Positions 27,824 to 37,619 of a DNA stretch of 64,000 bases are shown piece after piece (the first letter of the stretch is position 1; the number at the start of each line of letters is the position of its first letter). The notes beneath the pieces were generated by a model that worked only from the letters and a program-made list of their open reading frames with translations, had not been told where the DNA came from and did no database searches. Location of the stretch: IMG/VR virus record IMGVR_UViG_3300033072_000303, positions 1-64,000 of that record, one strand, 5' to 3'. A program made the translations under genes and the position numbers. Origin of the DNA: a virus (lineage: Duplodnaviria > Heunggongvirae > Uroviricota > Caudoviricetes).

Positions 27824-27862
27824 GGCTTAGTGCCTTACTAATAACAAAAAAAAAGGATATTA

Positions 27863-29182
27863 ATGAAAAAGGCTATGTTAATTTATGTAAGCTCTACTGG
27901 TAACGGTAAAGGTGGTAATACAGGAAATAATAACAAGTTCTATTATATTGAGCTAAAAGAATCAGGTGATGTGTATTTTAGGTATGGTAGAGTTGGTACT
28001 AGTGGTTCTGATGGAACAAAGCAAGGCGTTGGTCTAGCGGGTTTTCATAAGTTAATGAAAAGTAAAACTTCTAAAGGTTATGTAGAAGTTCCTTTAGACT
28101 TAGACGCAGACGTATCGTCAATAGATACTAATACTTCTGGTTCGGACATTATGATGATAGCATTATCTCAAATAAAGTCTGATGATGATTCTAAAGCACT
28201 TATTAAAAAACTTGTAGCACGTAATATACATAATATTACAAGTAACACAAAGATTACATTTAATGCTAGTACAGGATTATTTAAAACTCCGTTAGGTGTT
28301 GTTACTAAAGAGGGTATTGACAAAGCTGAAAGTATCTTAGATGAGCTTTCTAAGATACTTGCGAGACCTACTCTTGATTCTAGTTATATAACATACGAAG
28401 TGGATATTAGAAATTACTCTGAACAGTATTACTGTATCATCCCAACCACTGTTGATAACTTAAGAAGTATCTACTCACACATTTATAACAAAGATGCTTT
28501 ATCTAAACAGTATGACATTTGTTCTGCGTTAAGACAGAGCATAGATATTTTAGATAAAGATAAGCTTAAAGCTATACAAGCCGCTCAGGCTGACACAAGT
28601 ATTCCAGTACTGTTTAATACATCTTTAGTGAAGCTTACTGATAGTAAAGAGTTCGATAGAATAGAAAGGTATTTTGAGAAGTCTAAAAACTCACAACACG
28701 GTCGTACTACTTCTAAAGCTAAAATTAAAAATATATATTGTATAAATATAAAATCAGATGATGATGCGTATAGACACGATTTAACTAATCAGATGGAGTT
28801 ATGGCATGGTACTAAGGTAGTTAACATCTTAAGTATATTAAAGTCAGGTCTGTTAATGCCAAAGTATAGTCCAGGTTCTGTTACAGGTTATATGTTTGGA
28901 CAAGGTTTATATTTTTCTAACCAATCATCTAAGTCATTAAATTACTGTGATGGTATGTACTGGAATAACTCGAATAGGAGTGATAATTTTATCTATATGT
29001 TTGTTGCTAATATAGCTATGGGTAACTACCAAGTACCTAAAGGAAGTACATCAAAATTACCTGATAATGGTTATGACTCTTATTGGGCACAGCCTGGTAA
29101 GTCTGGTATAATGAATGACGAAATGATTGTGTTCAAAAATGAACAAATACAATTAAAGTACTTATTAGAAATAGAGGTTTAA
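27863..29182 (+). CDS. Poly(ADP-ribose) polymerase homologue (WGR domain plus PARP catalytic domain)
   Basis: The N-terminal WGR-like segment reads KFYYIELKESGDVYFRYGRVG. The C-terminus ELWHGTKVVNILSILKSGLLMP..GYMFGQGLYFSNQSSKSLNYC..NDEMIVFKNEQIQLKYLL aligns with PARP1 ELLWHGSR..GYMFGKGIYFAD..SANYC..YNEYIVY. The H-Y-E triad is intact. Confidence 0.75.
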   Translation: MKKAMLIYVSSTGNGKGGNTGNNNKFYYIELKESGDVYFRYGRVGTSGSDGTKQGVGLAGFHKLMKSKTSKGYVEVPLDLDADVSSIDTNTSGSDIMMIALSQIKSDDDSKALIKKLVARNIHNITSNTKITFNASTGLFKTPLGVVTKEGIDKAESILDELSKILARPTLDSSYITYEVDIRNYSEQYYCIIPTTVDNLRSIYSHIYNKDALSKQYDICSALRQSIDILDKDKLKAIQAAQADTSIPVLFNTSLVKLTDSKEFDRIERYFEKSKNSQHGRTTSKAKIKNIYCINIKSDDDAYRHDLTNQMELWHGTKVVNILSILKSGLLMPKYSPGSVTGYMFGQGLYFSNQSSKSLNYCDGMYWNNSNRSDNFIYMFVANIAMGNYQVPKGSTSKLPDNGYDSYWAQPGKSGIMNDEMIVFKNEQIQLKYLLEIEV

Positions 29183-29184
29183 AA

Positions 29185-29526
29185 ATGTATAAAATTTATC
29201 TAGTACAAGCAGATGACAGGTGCTATGAAGATGGTTCAGTATATACTATAACAGCTTTTTCTAATAGAGAGACAGCAGAACTTTTGAAGTGTAAAATAGA
29301 ACAAGTATTCTATTATGTAGAACAAAGAGCTGATAAGTACTTAGCCAAACACCCAGAGTGCTACTTGAATAGTGTACAAGAAAGAATATTTAATAGTATT
29401 AAAAGAAACAAAATGTTTAAATATCTTAAAGATATAGACTGGAGTTATTGGTATGACTCTGGTCCAACTATTATAATAAACGAATTAAATCTACACGATA
29501 ACTTTACAGACTACATTGGAGAATAA
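29185..29526 (+). CDS. Hypothetical protein
   Basis: 113 aa, 3 nt downstream of the PARP gene. Confidence 0.45.
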   Translation: MYKIYLVQADDRCYEDGSVYTITAFSNRETAELLKCKIEQVFYYVEQRADKYLAKHPECYLNSVQERIFNSIKRNKMFKYLKDIDWSYWYDSGPTIIINELNLHDNFTDYIGE

Positions 29527-29696
29527 ATGAATATATCAAATATAGAAGAACTAGAAGAAAAAGTTACTGATTTAACTATGGCTACAAAAGACTTACTAAG
29601 TGCTATAGAACAAAATACAGAATATTTAAATGACGGTGAAGCTTGGGTTAAAATCCAGTATTTAGCCGACGAAATAGATGCATTTGGAGCAATAAT

Positions 29697-30284
29697 ATGA
29701 AAGAAAAGCTATTAAAATACGAGAATATGAAATTAAAAAACCAGTACATATTTACTTTACCAGCAACCAAAAGTGTATGCGGTAGGGTGTGTCCAGGGTG
29801 TTATGCAATAAAGTTTCAGGTTAGATTTCCCAAAACATTAGAGTACAGAGAAAGAATGCTAGAAAGAAGTAAACAAGATGAATTTGTTAATGATATTGTA
29901 GATGAGCTGAATAAAAGTAAAAGGGAGTACACTTCAGTTAGGATACACGAAAGTGGTGAATTTTATTCACAAGAGTATATTAATAAATGGGAAAAGATTG
30001 CTAAGCAGTTACCTAACACAAAATTTTACGCTTTTACAAAACGTATGAAAGATTTTGATTTTAAAAGGATTATGAGCTTACCTAATGTTGTTATTATAGA
30101 CTCAATGAAGTTTAATGGTCTTAATTATGGACCAAAAGAAGATATGATGAAACTAAGAGCGGAACATGGTACTATGATTTGCCCCGCTACTATAAGCAAC
30201 AATAAAGAAACGTGTGGAGTTACCTGTGACTGGTGTTGGACTAAAAAAGCACAAGAGTTTGGCACTGTGTTCGTTAAACATTAA
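29697..30284 (+). CDS. Radical-SAM activase-like protein (NrdG/glycyl-radical-activase family), two Cx3Cx2C motifs
   Basis: SVCGRVCPGCYA matches the NrdG cluster motif C-x3-CPGCY. A second motif, CGVTCDWC, lies at the C-terminus. Its 195-aa size fits NrdG. Confidence 0.45.
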   Translation: MKEKLLKYENMKLKNQYIFTLPATKSVCGRVCPGCYAIKFQVRFPKTLEYRERMLERSKQDEFVNDIVDELNKSKREYTSVRIHESGEFYSQEYINKWEKIAKQLPNTKFYAFTKRMKDFDFKRIMSLPNVVIIDSMKFNGLNYGPKEDMMKLRAEHGTMICPATISNNKETCGVTCDWCWTKKAQEFGTVFVKH

Positions 30285-30431
30285 TAAGGAATAACTATGA
30301 CAGAAGAACAATTAAAAACATTCTATAGACTTCTAGAAACAAAAAATAGTTGGGGTAAAAATGAAGTTAAAACTTTACTCCTAGAAGTAATTGCTGGTAT
30401 AAGACAATGAATACACCATTAGGAATATAAT

Positions 30432-30689
30432 ATGCTACCGTACAAGGAAGTGTTAACTATACACGAAGATACAGAAGGAGTGTATAAAAAGATGTCTGGG
30501 TCTGGGTATACTATAACAGGTGTGGCTAAAGAATACCTTTTACACGCAGCTCTTATGTTTATACGTAATGATAATAATGATTATTACTGTGTAAAAAATA
30601 GAATAACTGGTGTCACAGGACCAATGACAATAGCTGAAGTGGATAAACTACAAAAAGAATATTTCAATAGAAGGGGTCTAAATGGTTAA
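30432..30689 (+). CDS. Hypothetical protein
   Basis: 85 aa. Overlaps the DNA polymerase gene start. Confidence 0.4.
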   Translation: MLPYKEVLTIHEDTEGVYKKMSGSGYTITGVAKEYLLHAALMFIRNDNNDYYCVKNRITGVTGPMTIAEVDKLQKEYFNRRGLNG

Positions 30690-33393
30690 AGAACTAAAAT
30701 TAATACCAAATTCAACACCTGATACAGCAGTACTAATAAAAGATTACGATGTTACTGAAAAGAATAAAACAAACTTAATGTATAGGTACATTCAAAAGTT
30801 AACAGCTTTAGGTGTTGAAAAACCAGGATTTAGATTTACATTTTTAGGGTTAGTACAAAACCCAGACTCTAAGAAAAAAGTAAATAAAACAGTGGCTTTA
30901 GAGTGTTTAGGTAATATCCTAGAGCACTGTGACATTCAAGGTATAACTACATTATTATGTACTGACGCTACGTATTTTCAGCTACTTACAGGTAGAAGTA
31001 AATTAGAAGAAAGTATTGATGGAGTGTATAAAGTAGTGATAACGGGTTTTGAGCATATTACTGTGTTGCCTAGTTTACACTATAACGCTTTAATAATGGC
31101 TCCACAAAAAGAATCAGTACTTGAAAAATCGCTTAAAGTACTAGCTATGCACTTAAACGGAAGCTATTCCAAACCTGGTGCAGATGTACTTAAAGATTAC
31201 ACTAAGTGTTATTCAGCAAACGAGTTAAAGAGAGTATTAAACGAATACATGGTTCTCCCAGAAATAACTTGTGATATTGAGGCTACTCATTTAAAGTTTT
31301 ATAAATCTGAGTTACTTACAATAGCCTTTGGTAAAGATAAGCACACCGCTATGACTTGTGCTGTACATCATTTGTATCATAATCAGCTAGAGTCAAATAG
31401 TATTAAACAAGTACTTAAAGAATTCTTTATTAACTATAAAGGTAAAGTATGGTTTCATAACGCACTATTTGACGTTAAGCAACTAACATACAGACTATTT
31501 ATGAGGAGTTTAGACGACTTTACAGGGATGCAAGAAGGTTTAGATGCTTTCGAGAATGTACACGATACATTTATGGTTGCTTACTTAGCTAAGAACTCAA
31601 CGTACCGTCAAGGGTTAGGATTAAAAGAACTATCTAAAGAGTTTATGGGTGAATACGCAGAGGATGTTAAAGAGGCAATAAAAGTTCCGTTAGAAGACTT
31701 AATGCTGTATAACGCAAAAGACTGCTGTGCTACTTGGTATGTACTAGATACGTATAGACCTATAATGATTCAAGATGACCAACAGTATGTGTATGACACA
31801 ATAATGCAACCTAGTATGAAGCCATTGCTTAAGATGATGCTTACTGGTTTGCCAATAGACTTAGGAAGAACCGAAGAGGCTAGAATCGAGCTACAAGCTA
31901 AACTAGATGATGCAGTAAATACCCTTAATAAGTCACACTATGTTAAGCGTGCTGTTTCAGTTTTAAAGTATAATGCTGCTGAAAAGTACAATGCTACACA
32001 TAAGACTAAAAAGATAAATGCAAATGATGTTGAACTGGAGTTTAATCCTAACTCATCAGACCAATTAAGACTATTATTATTTGAAATCTTAGGGTTTGAA
32101 GAAATAGAGAAAACTAAAGCTGGTAAGTCTAGTACTAAAAGAAATTTTATAGAGGAATACCTAGCAGAGGCTAAAGCTGACGGCGAGTCTGATGTAGTTT
32201 CTTGCTTAGAGGCTTTAGTAAATGTTTCTCAGATAAGTATTATATTGAACACTTTTATAACAGCTTTTGAAGAGCTTAGTGTTGAGCATCCAAGTGGTTA
32301 TAAATTCCTTAAGGGTAATTTAAAACTAGGTGGAACACAATCAGGAAGACTGTCTAGTTCTGAACCTAACTTACAAAACTTACCATCTGGTTCAAAGTAT
32401 GGTAAAATTATTAAGAACTGCTTTGTTGCACCAAAAGGTTGGCTGTTCGCTGGAGCAGACTTTAGCGCCCTCGAAGATAGAATAGGGGCAATCCTAAGTA
32501 ACGATATGAATAAGACAAAGGAATTTGCCTACGGGTTTGACGGTCATAGTTTACGTGCTTTAGCATTCTTTCCAGAAGAGCTACCAGAAGGCTTATCTAT
32601 TGATTCACTAGAGGATAATAAACTTATAAAGAAACAATACGGTGACATTAGAGGTAAGTCAAAAGGACCATCGTTTGCAATGCAATACGGGTGTGGTCCT
32701 GGAAAAATACAACAGTTACTAAAATGCTCTAAAGCAAAAGCTGAAGAAGTCTACTCAGCGTTTCATAATCTATATTCAGGGTTATCTAAATTTGCTCAAG
32801 TTAATAAAATCCAAGGTATGACTAATGGGTATGTAACAGGAGCCTTTGGATTAAGACTTAGAACTCCTAAGCTGAAAGCACACAGAGCTGGTACTAAAGA
32901 GTCTACCGAGGTAGGTTCTGAAGCGCGTTCTGCCTCTAATATGGTTACACAGTCTTGGGGTATGTTGATGAATAGAGCTTTAATTGAGTTTAATCAGAGA
33001 CTTGAAAACTCAGAATTCAAACATAAAGTTAGACTTATTAATACTATACACGATGCTGGTTATCTATTAGTTAAAGCTGAGCCAGAAGTGGTAGAGTGGG
33101 TTAATATTAACTTTGTAGAGTGCATGAAATGGCAGGACGGATTAATTGCTTCTGATGAAGTTAAAATGGAGGCTGAAGTAGACTTTGGTCTAGATTGGGC
33201 ACATCAAGAAACGTTACATAACAACGCGTCTAAAGAGGAGTGTAAAGCTTTTATAGATGCTATTAATATGTATGACTCAGTTAAACATCTTGAGTATAAC
33301 AATCAACCAGTAAAATTTAACGTTGTGTATAAACTAGCACTAGAAGGTTTTGACAATCTATCAAAATTAATAACAAAATTAAGCGAAGTTTAA
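30682..33393 (+). CDS. Family A DNA polymerase with 3'-5' exonuclease domain
   Basis: Exo I is TCDIEATH, Exo II is WFHNALFDVKQL, Exo III is YNAKD. Pol motif A is ADFSALEDRIGA and motif B is RGKSKGPSFAMQYGCG. Motif C reads IHDAG, HDA rather than HDE. An N-terminal extension of about 190 aa is unassigned. Confidence 0.85.
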   Translation: MVKELKLIPNSTPDTAVLIKDYDVTEKNKTNLMYRYIQKLTALGVEKPGFRFTFLGLVQNPDSKKKVNKTVALECLGNILEHCDIQGITTLLCTDATYFQLLTGRSKLEESIDGVYKVVITGFEHITVLPSLHYNALIMAPQKESVLEKSLKVLAMHLNGSYSKPGADVLKDYTKCYSANELKRVLNEYMVLPEITCDIEATHLKFYKSELLTIAFGKDKHTAMTCAVHHLYHNQLESNSIKQVLKEFFINYKGKVWFHNALFDVKQLTYRLFMRSLDDFTGMQEGLDAFENVHDTFMVAYLAKNSTYRQGLGLKELSKEFMGEYAEDVKEAIKVPLEDLMLYNAKDCCATWYVLDTYRPIMIQDDQQYVYDTIMQPSMKPLLKMMLTGLPIDLGRTEEARIELQAKLDDAVNTLNKSHYVKRAVSVLKYNAAEKYNATHKTKKINANDVELEFNPNSSDQLRLLLFEILGFEEIEKTKAGKSSTKRNFIEEYLAEAKADGESDVVSCLEALVNVSQISIILNTFITAFEELSVEHPSGYKFLKGNLKLGGTQSGRLSSSEPNLQNLPSGSKYGKIIKNCFVAPKGWLFAGADFSALEDRIGAILSNDMNKTKEFAYGFDGHSLRALAFFPEELPEGLSIDSLEDNKLIKKQYGDIRGKSKGPSFAMQYGCGPGKIQQLLKCSKAKAEEVYSAFHNLYSGLSKFAQVNKIQGMTNGYVTGAFGLRLRTPKLKAHRAGTKESTEVGSEARSASNMVTQSWGMLMNRALIEFNQRLENSEFKHKVRLINTIHDAGYLLVKAEPEVVEWVNINFVECMKWQDGLIASDEVKMEAEVDFGLDWAHQETLHNNASKEECKAFIDAINMYDSVKHLEYNNQPVKFNVVYKLALEGFDNLSKLITKLSEV

Positions 33394-33431
33394 TGTAATT
33401 AAAGTATAATATTACTTTTAAAAGGAGAACA

Positions 33432-34160
33432 ATGAGACACTACGACTTTGCAGTGTCTTTAAAAGAACAGTATAAAGCTATTAAGGGACTTCCTGAAAAT
33501 GAAGTCGCTTACAGTTTACAGTACATACCTTGGATTTTAAAGACAACTGCTGACACATATAAAAAGCATCATAAAAGGTATGATTTTAATGAGCTGCTAA
33601 GCGTAGCTTTTACAGCTGCTGTAGAAGCTGAAAAGAAGTACGATGCTAGTACATCTAATAAGTTTACTACCTATGCTCAGTACCACGTTGAGCCTGCGCT
33701 TAATGAATACGTGAGTAATATGTCAAAGACACAATTAGACTTACAAAAAAGAATTCAAGGGTTTATCAGCAGCTACTTTGAAGCTAACAAAGTATATCCA
33801 GCTGAAAATATCATATTAAGTGAACTAAACATCTCAGAAGAAACGTTTAGAAATTTAATAAATAACGGTGTTGATTTAATATATCTAGATGATGAAGAAG
33901 ATAGTATTGTATGTAACGATGCTACCGCTGAGCAATCCCTGCAACTAGATGAGTATATTAAAATCATAGAATATATTGATGTAGATAATCAAGGTGTACT
34001 AAAAATGTATTTAGTAGATGAGCATTCATTTACTATAATAGGTAAACTATTAGGTATTACTAAAGAAAAAGCCCAAAGACTTTTTGATAAAGCTTTATTA
34101 GAGCTCAGAGAAGAGTTTAAACGTAGGGGTATAACAAAAGAGGATTTAGTATGGAACTAG
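33432..34160 (+). CDS. Sigma-70-family RNA polymerase sigma factor
   Basis: A region 2-like segment reads LLSVAFTAAVEAEKKYDASTSNKFTTYAQYHVEPAL. A C-terminal region 4 HTH-like segment reads FTIIGKLLGITKEKAQRLFDKALLELR. Confidence 0.6.
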   Translation: MRHYDFAVSLKEQYKAIKGLPENEVAYSLQYIPWILKTTADTYKKHHKRYDFNELLSVAFTAAVEAEKKYDASTSNKFTTYAQYHVEPALNEYVSNMSKTQLDLQKRIQGFISSYFEANKVYPAENIILSELNISEETFRNLINNGVDLIYLDDEEDSIVCNDATAEQSLQLDEYIKIIEYIDVDNQGVLKMYLVDEHSFTIIGKLLGITKEKAQRLFDKALLELREEFKRRGITKEDLVWN

Positions 34161-34290
34161 TATTATTGCTAGAACAACAACAAAAACTAAGAGCTTTAAA
34201 AGAGACTGAATACCTAAATAATAACATTAGTAAAGTACACGCTATCACAGAAATTATGAATGAAAATTCTATAAATATAAGGAAAATTAA

Positions 34291-34923
34291 ATGGAAGTAA
34301 AACTAGAGCATTATACCCCTCTATGGGTGTGCAGTACAGCAATACGAACTTGTTGGGACTCTCACGATAAGAGTGATACAGAATTCATAAAAGGTATGCA
34401 CCATTATCTACAAAACATAGAGGCAGGACAAGCGGATAAAGATTTAATTGATAGAATTGGTAATAAGATGAAACATACATCTGTTAAAAATCACATTAAT
34501 TATAACTTTAGTATTAAAGGTATAACTACCAAAACGTTATTAGCCTTAACAAGACACGACGTTGGAACTGAGTTTAGCGTACAATCAACAAGATACACGA
34601 CTAAAAAATCTGTTAACAATAACTCAGCTGGTTACACATTAAGTAAAAGTGATTTAGTAAATGAAAAATTAGCAATACTACATAAAATGATTAAAGAATG
34701 TGTAGATGCTGGTGCATCTAATGATGAAATAAGTTTATTATTACCACAAGCTTGGAATTATAACCTAATGGCTACATTTAGTTTAGGGGCTTTACAACAT
34801 TTTTTAACATTAAGACTTAAATCGGATGCACATTGGGACATTAGGGACTTAGCCCATAAACTATATAAAGCTATTCCAGAAGAACATAAATATATTTTTG
34901 AGGATACAAAGCCAAATGATTAA
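34291..34923 (+). CDS. thyX: FAD-dependent thymidylate synthase ThyX
   Basis: The ThyX signature is present as RHDVGTEFSVQSTRY (RHR-x7-S..QSxRY), with the third R replaced by D. Its 210-aa size fits. Confidence 0.55.
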   Translation: MEVKLEHYTPLWVCSTAIRTCWDSHDKSDTEFIKGMHHYLQNIEAGQADKDLIDRIGNKMKHTSVKNHINYNFSIKGITTKTLLALTRHDVGTEFSVQSTRYTTKKSVNNNSAGYTLSKSDLVNEKLAILHKMIKECVDAGASNDEISLLLPQAWNYNLMATFSLGALQHFLTLRLKSDAHWDIRDLAHKLYKAIPEEHKYIFEDTKPND

Positions 34924-35086
34924 ATCAGGATTTAAAATTACACCAGATAATGTAGATTATCTAATAGGTGGCGTTAAAGTAGCACAGGAAGACCCAGATA
35001 AAAGTAGAGTGTTAAAAAACTTATTCTTTGAAAAAGGCGAAGTTAGTGAACAAACTAAAAAGAAGTTAAAACAGATATGGTGGTAA
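34898..35086 (+). CDS. Hypothetical small protein
   Basis: 62 aa. Overlaps the thyX end. Confidence 0.3.
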   Translation: MRIQSQMIKSGFKITPDNVDYLIGGVKVAQEDPDKSRVLKNLFFEKGEVSEQTKKKLKQIWW

Positions 35087-35087
35087 A

Positions 35088-35330
35088 ATGAAAGAATACG
35101 TAGAATACGATATTGAAGGGCATAAATTAGAACACGGGGATAAAGTAGTAACTATAATAAAAAACTATAGAGCTAAAGGTGGTGATGTAGCAATCGCTTA
35201 CGTACATAAACCAAAGGTTACTGATAGAGCTACACTAGTGTTAAAAGAAGAAGAATTATTAGAAGAAAAAGCTCCTAGAAGCTATGGTTTCTATGATAGA
35301 CTGTCAGGTAAAGTATATAAAATTAAATAA
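35088..35330 (+). CDS. Hypothetical protein
   Basis: 80 aa. Confidence 0.4.
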   Translation: MKEYVEYDIEGHKLEHGDKVVTIIKNYRAKGGDVAIAYVHKPKVTDRATLVLKEEELLEEKAPRSYGFYDRLSGKVYKIK

Positions 35331-35339
35331 GGATGTATT

Positions 35340-35666
35340 ATGAGCATTAGAACAAGATTAAATAAAGCGACTAATTTTACTAGAAAAGCTAAGGCTATAG
35401 CAAGAGTAGGTAACTACTACCAACTAAGTAAAAACACGTCAGTAAACGGTGTGGAGTATAACAACATAACTAAAGCCCACAAACAAGTACCGTTTAGGCT
35501 GCCTAAATTAGGATTAAACACAGTATTTAATTACTTATTAAAAGATATAAAAGGAAGGACTGAACTTATGACTTATGCTTCTATTCAGCAAAAAATTGCA
35601 GAGTTAAGTACTAACAAAATAAATAATGAACTTGATGAATTACAAAAAGAAGGTGGTGACGCTTAA
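35340..35666 (+). CDS. Hypothetical protein
   Basis: 108 aa. RBS AAGGATG upstream. ATGA-type coupling into nrdA. Confidence 0.45.
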   Translation: MSIRTRLNKATNFTRKAKAIARVGNYYQLSKNTSVNGVEYNNITKAHKQVPFRLPKLGLNTVFNYLLKDIKGRTELMTYASIQQKIAELSTNKINNELDELQKEGGDA

Positions 35667-37513
35667 TGGGTATCAATAATATTAGTGGTAGAGGTTGGGA
35701 TGGGCTCCATCCTCTATCTAAAGCATTGTACAAAGAGACCTACTTTAAACCTAATGAAGACTATGAATTATGGTTAGAAAACAGAGTTAAACCGTATTCT
35801 AATAATGAGACTCATAAAGAAAGAGTTAAAACTATTATAAGAAATTTTTGGTTCCACCCTAGTACACCACCATCATCTGGTAGAGGATTGCCTATCAGCT
35901 GTTATGTATCACATATTCCTGACACAAGAGAAGGAATCTTTGAAGGGTACTTAGAAGGAATGTGGTTAGGTGCTGAAGGTGGAGGTAGAGGTGTATACTG
36001 GGGAGATGTAGGAGGTGCTGGACGTCCTATAGGGTTAACTATAGAAGAACTTTCTAAACTAACTTGGGAAGAAATCCAGCAAGACGACGATATACCTAAG
36101 TCTAGCGGTACAATTCCATTCTTCGGGATATCAGATAGAGCCACTTACGCAATATCTCAAGCAGGTGTCAGAAGAAGTACAGAAGCCGTGTATTTATGCG
36201 ATACACACCCAGATTTAGTAGAGTTCTTGCATATAAGACTAGAAACTGGTGATAAAAATAGAAGAATGCCCAATTTACATCATGGTGTTTGTTTATCACA
36301 CGCTTTTATGGAAGCCGTGAGAACATTAAGCTCTTGGGACTTAATCTGCCCTAAAACAGGTAAAGTTACAGATACGATAGACGCTTTTGATTTATGGATT
36401 GAACTATTAACTATAAGAAAAACAGAAAGTGGTGAACCATATATTTTGTTTATTGATAATGTAAATGATAGAACACCTATAGAGTACAAGAAGTTAGGGT
36501 TAAGAGTCGTATCATCAAACATATGTACAGAAATAGTAACACACACTGCGCCAGATAAAACTACGATATGTTGTTTAGGCTCAATGAACTTAGAGTACTA
36601 TGACGAGTATAAAGACATACTAGACGAGGTAGTAGCAGATTTAACTGACTTCTTACATAACATATTGTTAGTGTTCTTGAAAGACACAGAGGGAAGAGAA
36701 GGATTTAAAAGAGCTCGTAAAGCAGTTCTTGAAGAGTATAACATAGGGTTAGGTGTTATGGGTTGGCACTCTTTATTACAAAAGAAGAGAATTCCGTTTG
36801 AATCACCTATGGCATTCGCATTGAACAAACAGATATTTAGCGGTATAAGAAGAGCTTCAGATAAACATCAAGCGGATATTACAGCTAAAAACCCAGAGTT
36901 AATTTGCCCTATGTCTAGAGAAGCTGGTACGTCTAGAAGAAATATTCATACACTGGCAGTCGCACCTACAATGTCGATTAGTATGTTATGTGACTTATCA
37001 TCTAGCGGTATTGAACCTTGGGTAACAAATGCCTTTGTTAAGAAAGTACCTACTGGGTCGTTCAGTATTAAGAATAAGTATTTACATGAATTAATTGTAG
37101 ATTATTGCCATAACGTAGCATTTGCTGGTTCACAAAACTTGTATGGTCCAGATGCTTGGATTGAAGAGCAATGGGACTCCATTGTAGCAAATGGAGGTTC
37201 AGTTCAACATTTAAAGTGGATGTCTGATTACGATAAAGATGTATTTAAAACAGCATTCGAAATAAACCCTCTAGCTATGATTAAACAAATGGGTGACAGA
37301 GTTGATTATGTTGACCAAGCAGTTAGTAATAACCTATTTATACCATCTGAAGTATCTTATGAAGAGTTGCATACTATTCACTTCACTGCGTACACTCTAG
37401 GAGTTAAGTCATTATACTACTTAAGGTCAGAACCAGAGGCTAAAGCACAAACAGGTAAAAAAGAACGTAAAGCTATTGTCTTAACTGATGATACTTGTAC
37501 AGCGTGTACTTGA
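35666..37513 (+). CDS. nrdA: Ribonucleotide reductase large subunit (class I-type active site, no ATP cone)
   Basis: The active-site loop VVSSNICTEIV matches SNLCxEI (Asn, Cys, Glu). A C-terminal CTAC redox pair is present. 615 aa. Confidence 0.8.
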   Translation: MGINNISGRGWDGLHPLSKALYKETYFKPNEDYELWLENRVKPYSNNETHKERVKTIIRNFWFHPSTPPSSGRGLPISCYVSHIPDTREGIFEGYLEGMWLGAEGGGRGVYWGDVGGAGRPIGLTIEELSKLTWEEIQQDDDIPKSSGTIPFFGISDRATYAISQAGVRRSTEAVYLCDTHPDLVEFLHIRLETGDKNRRMPNLHHGVCLSHAFMEAVRTLSSWDLICPKTGKVTDTIDAFDLWIELLTIRKTESGEPYILFIDNVNDRTPIEYKKLGLRVVSSNICTEIVTHTAPDKTTICCLGSMNLEYYDEYKDILDEVVADLTDFLHNILLVFLKDTEGREGFKRARKAVLEEYNIGLGVMGWHSLLQKKRIPFESPMAFALNKQIFSGIRRASDKHQADITAKNPELICPMSREAGTSRRNIHTLAVAPTMSISMLCDLSSSGIEPWVTNAFVKKVPTGSFSIKNKYLHELIVDYCHNVAFAGSQNLYGPDAWIEEQWDSIVANGGSVQHLKWMSDYDKDVFKTAFEINPLAMIKQMGDRVDYVDQAVSNNLFIPSEVSYEELHTIHFTAYTLGVKSLYYLRSEPEAKAQTGKKERKAIVLTDDTCTACT

Positions 37514-37530
37514 TACAAAGAAGTAAATCT

Positions 37531-37560
37531 CCAACGATATGCGAAAGCATATCTGATTGG
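37531..37560 (+). terminator. Stable hairpin with GNRA tetraloop (terminator or RNA-stability element)
   Basis: CCAAC-GATATGC-GAAA-GCATATC-TGATTGG, followed by TTTAT. Confidence 0.4.
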
Positions 37561-37619
37561 TTTATACTACTACAAAGCATAGCTTTTAATAAAACTAAGC
37601 AAATTTTTAAAGGACAATA

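Noticed and set aside
27820-27838. Hairpin GTAAGGC-ttagt-GCCTTAC after the gene ending at 27823, as an intrinsic terminator
   Set aside because: It is followed by an A9 run rather than a U-tract. It is more likely an RNA-stability or processing hairpin ahead of the PARP leader.
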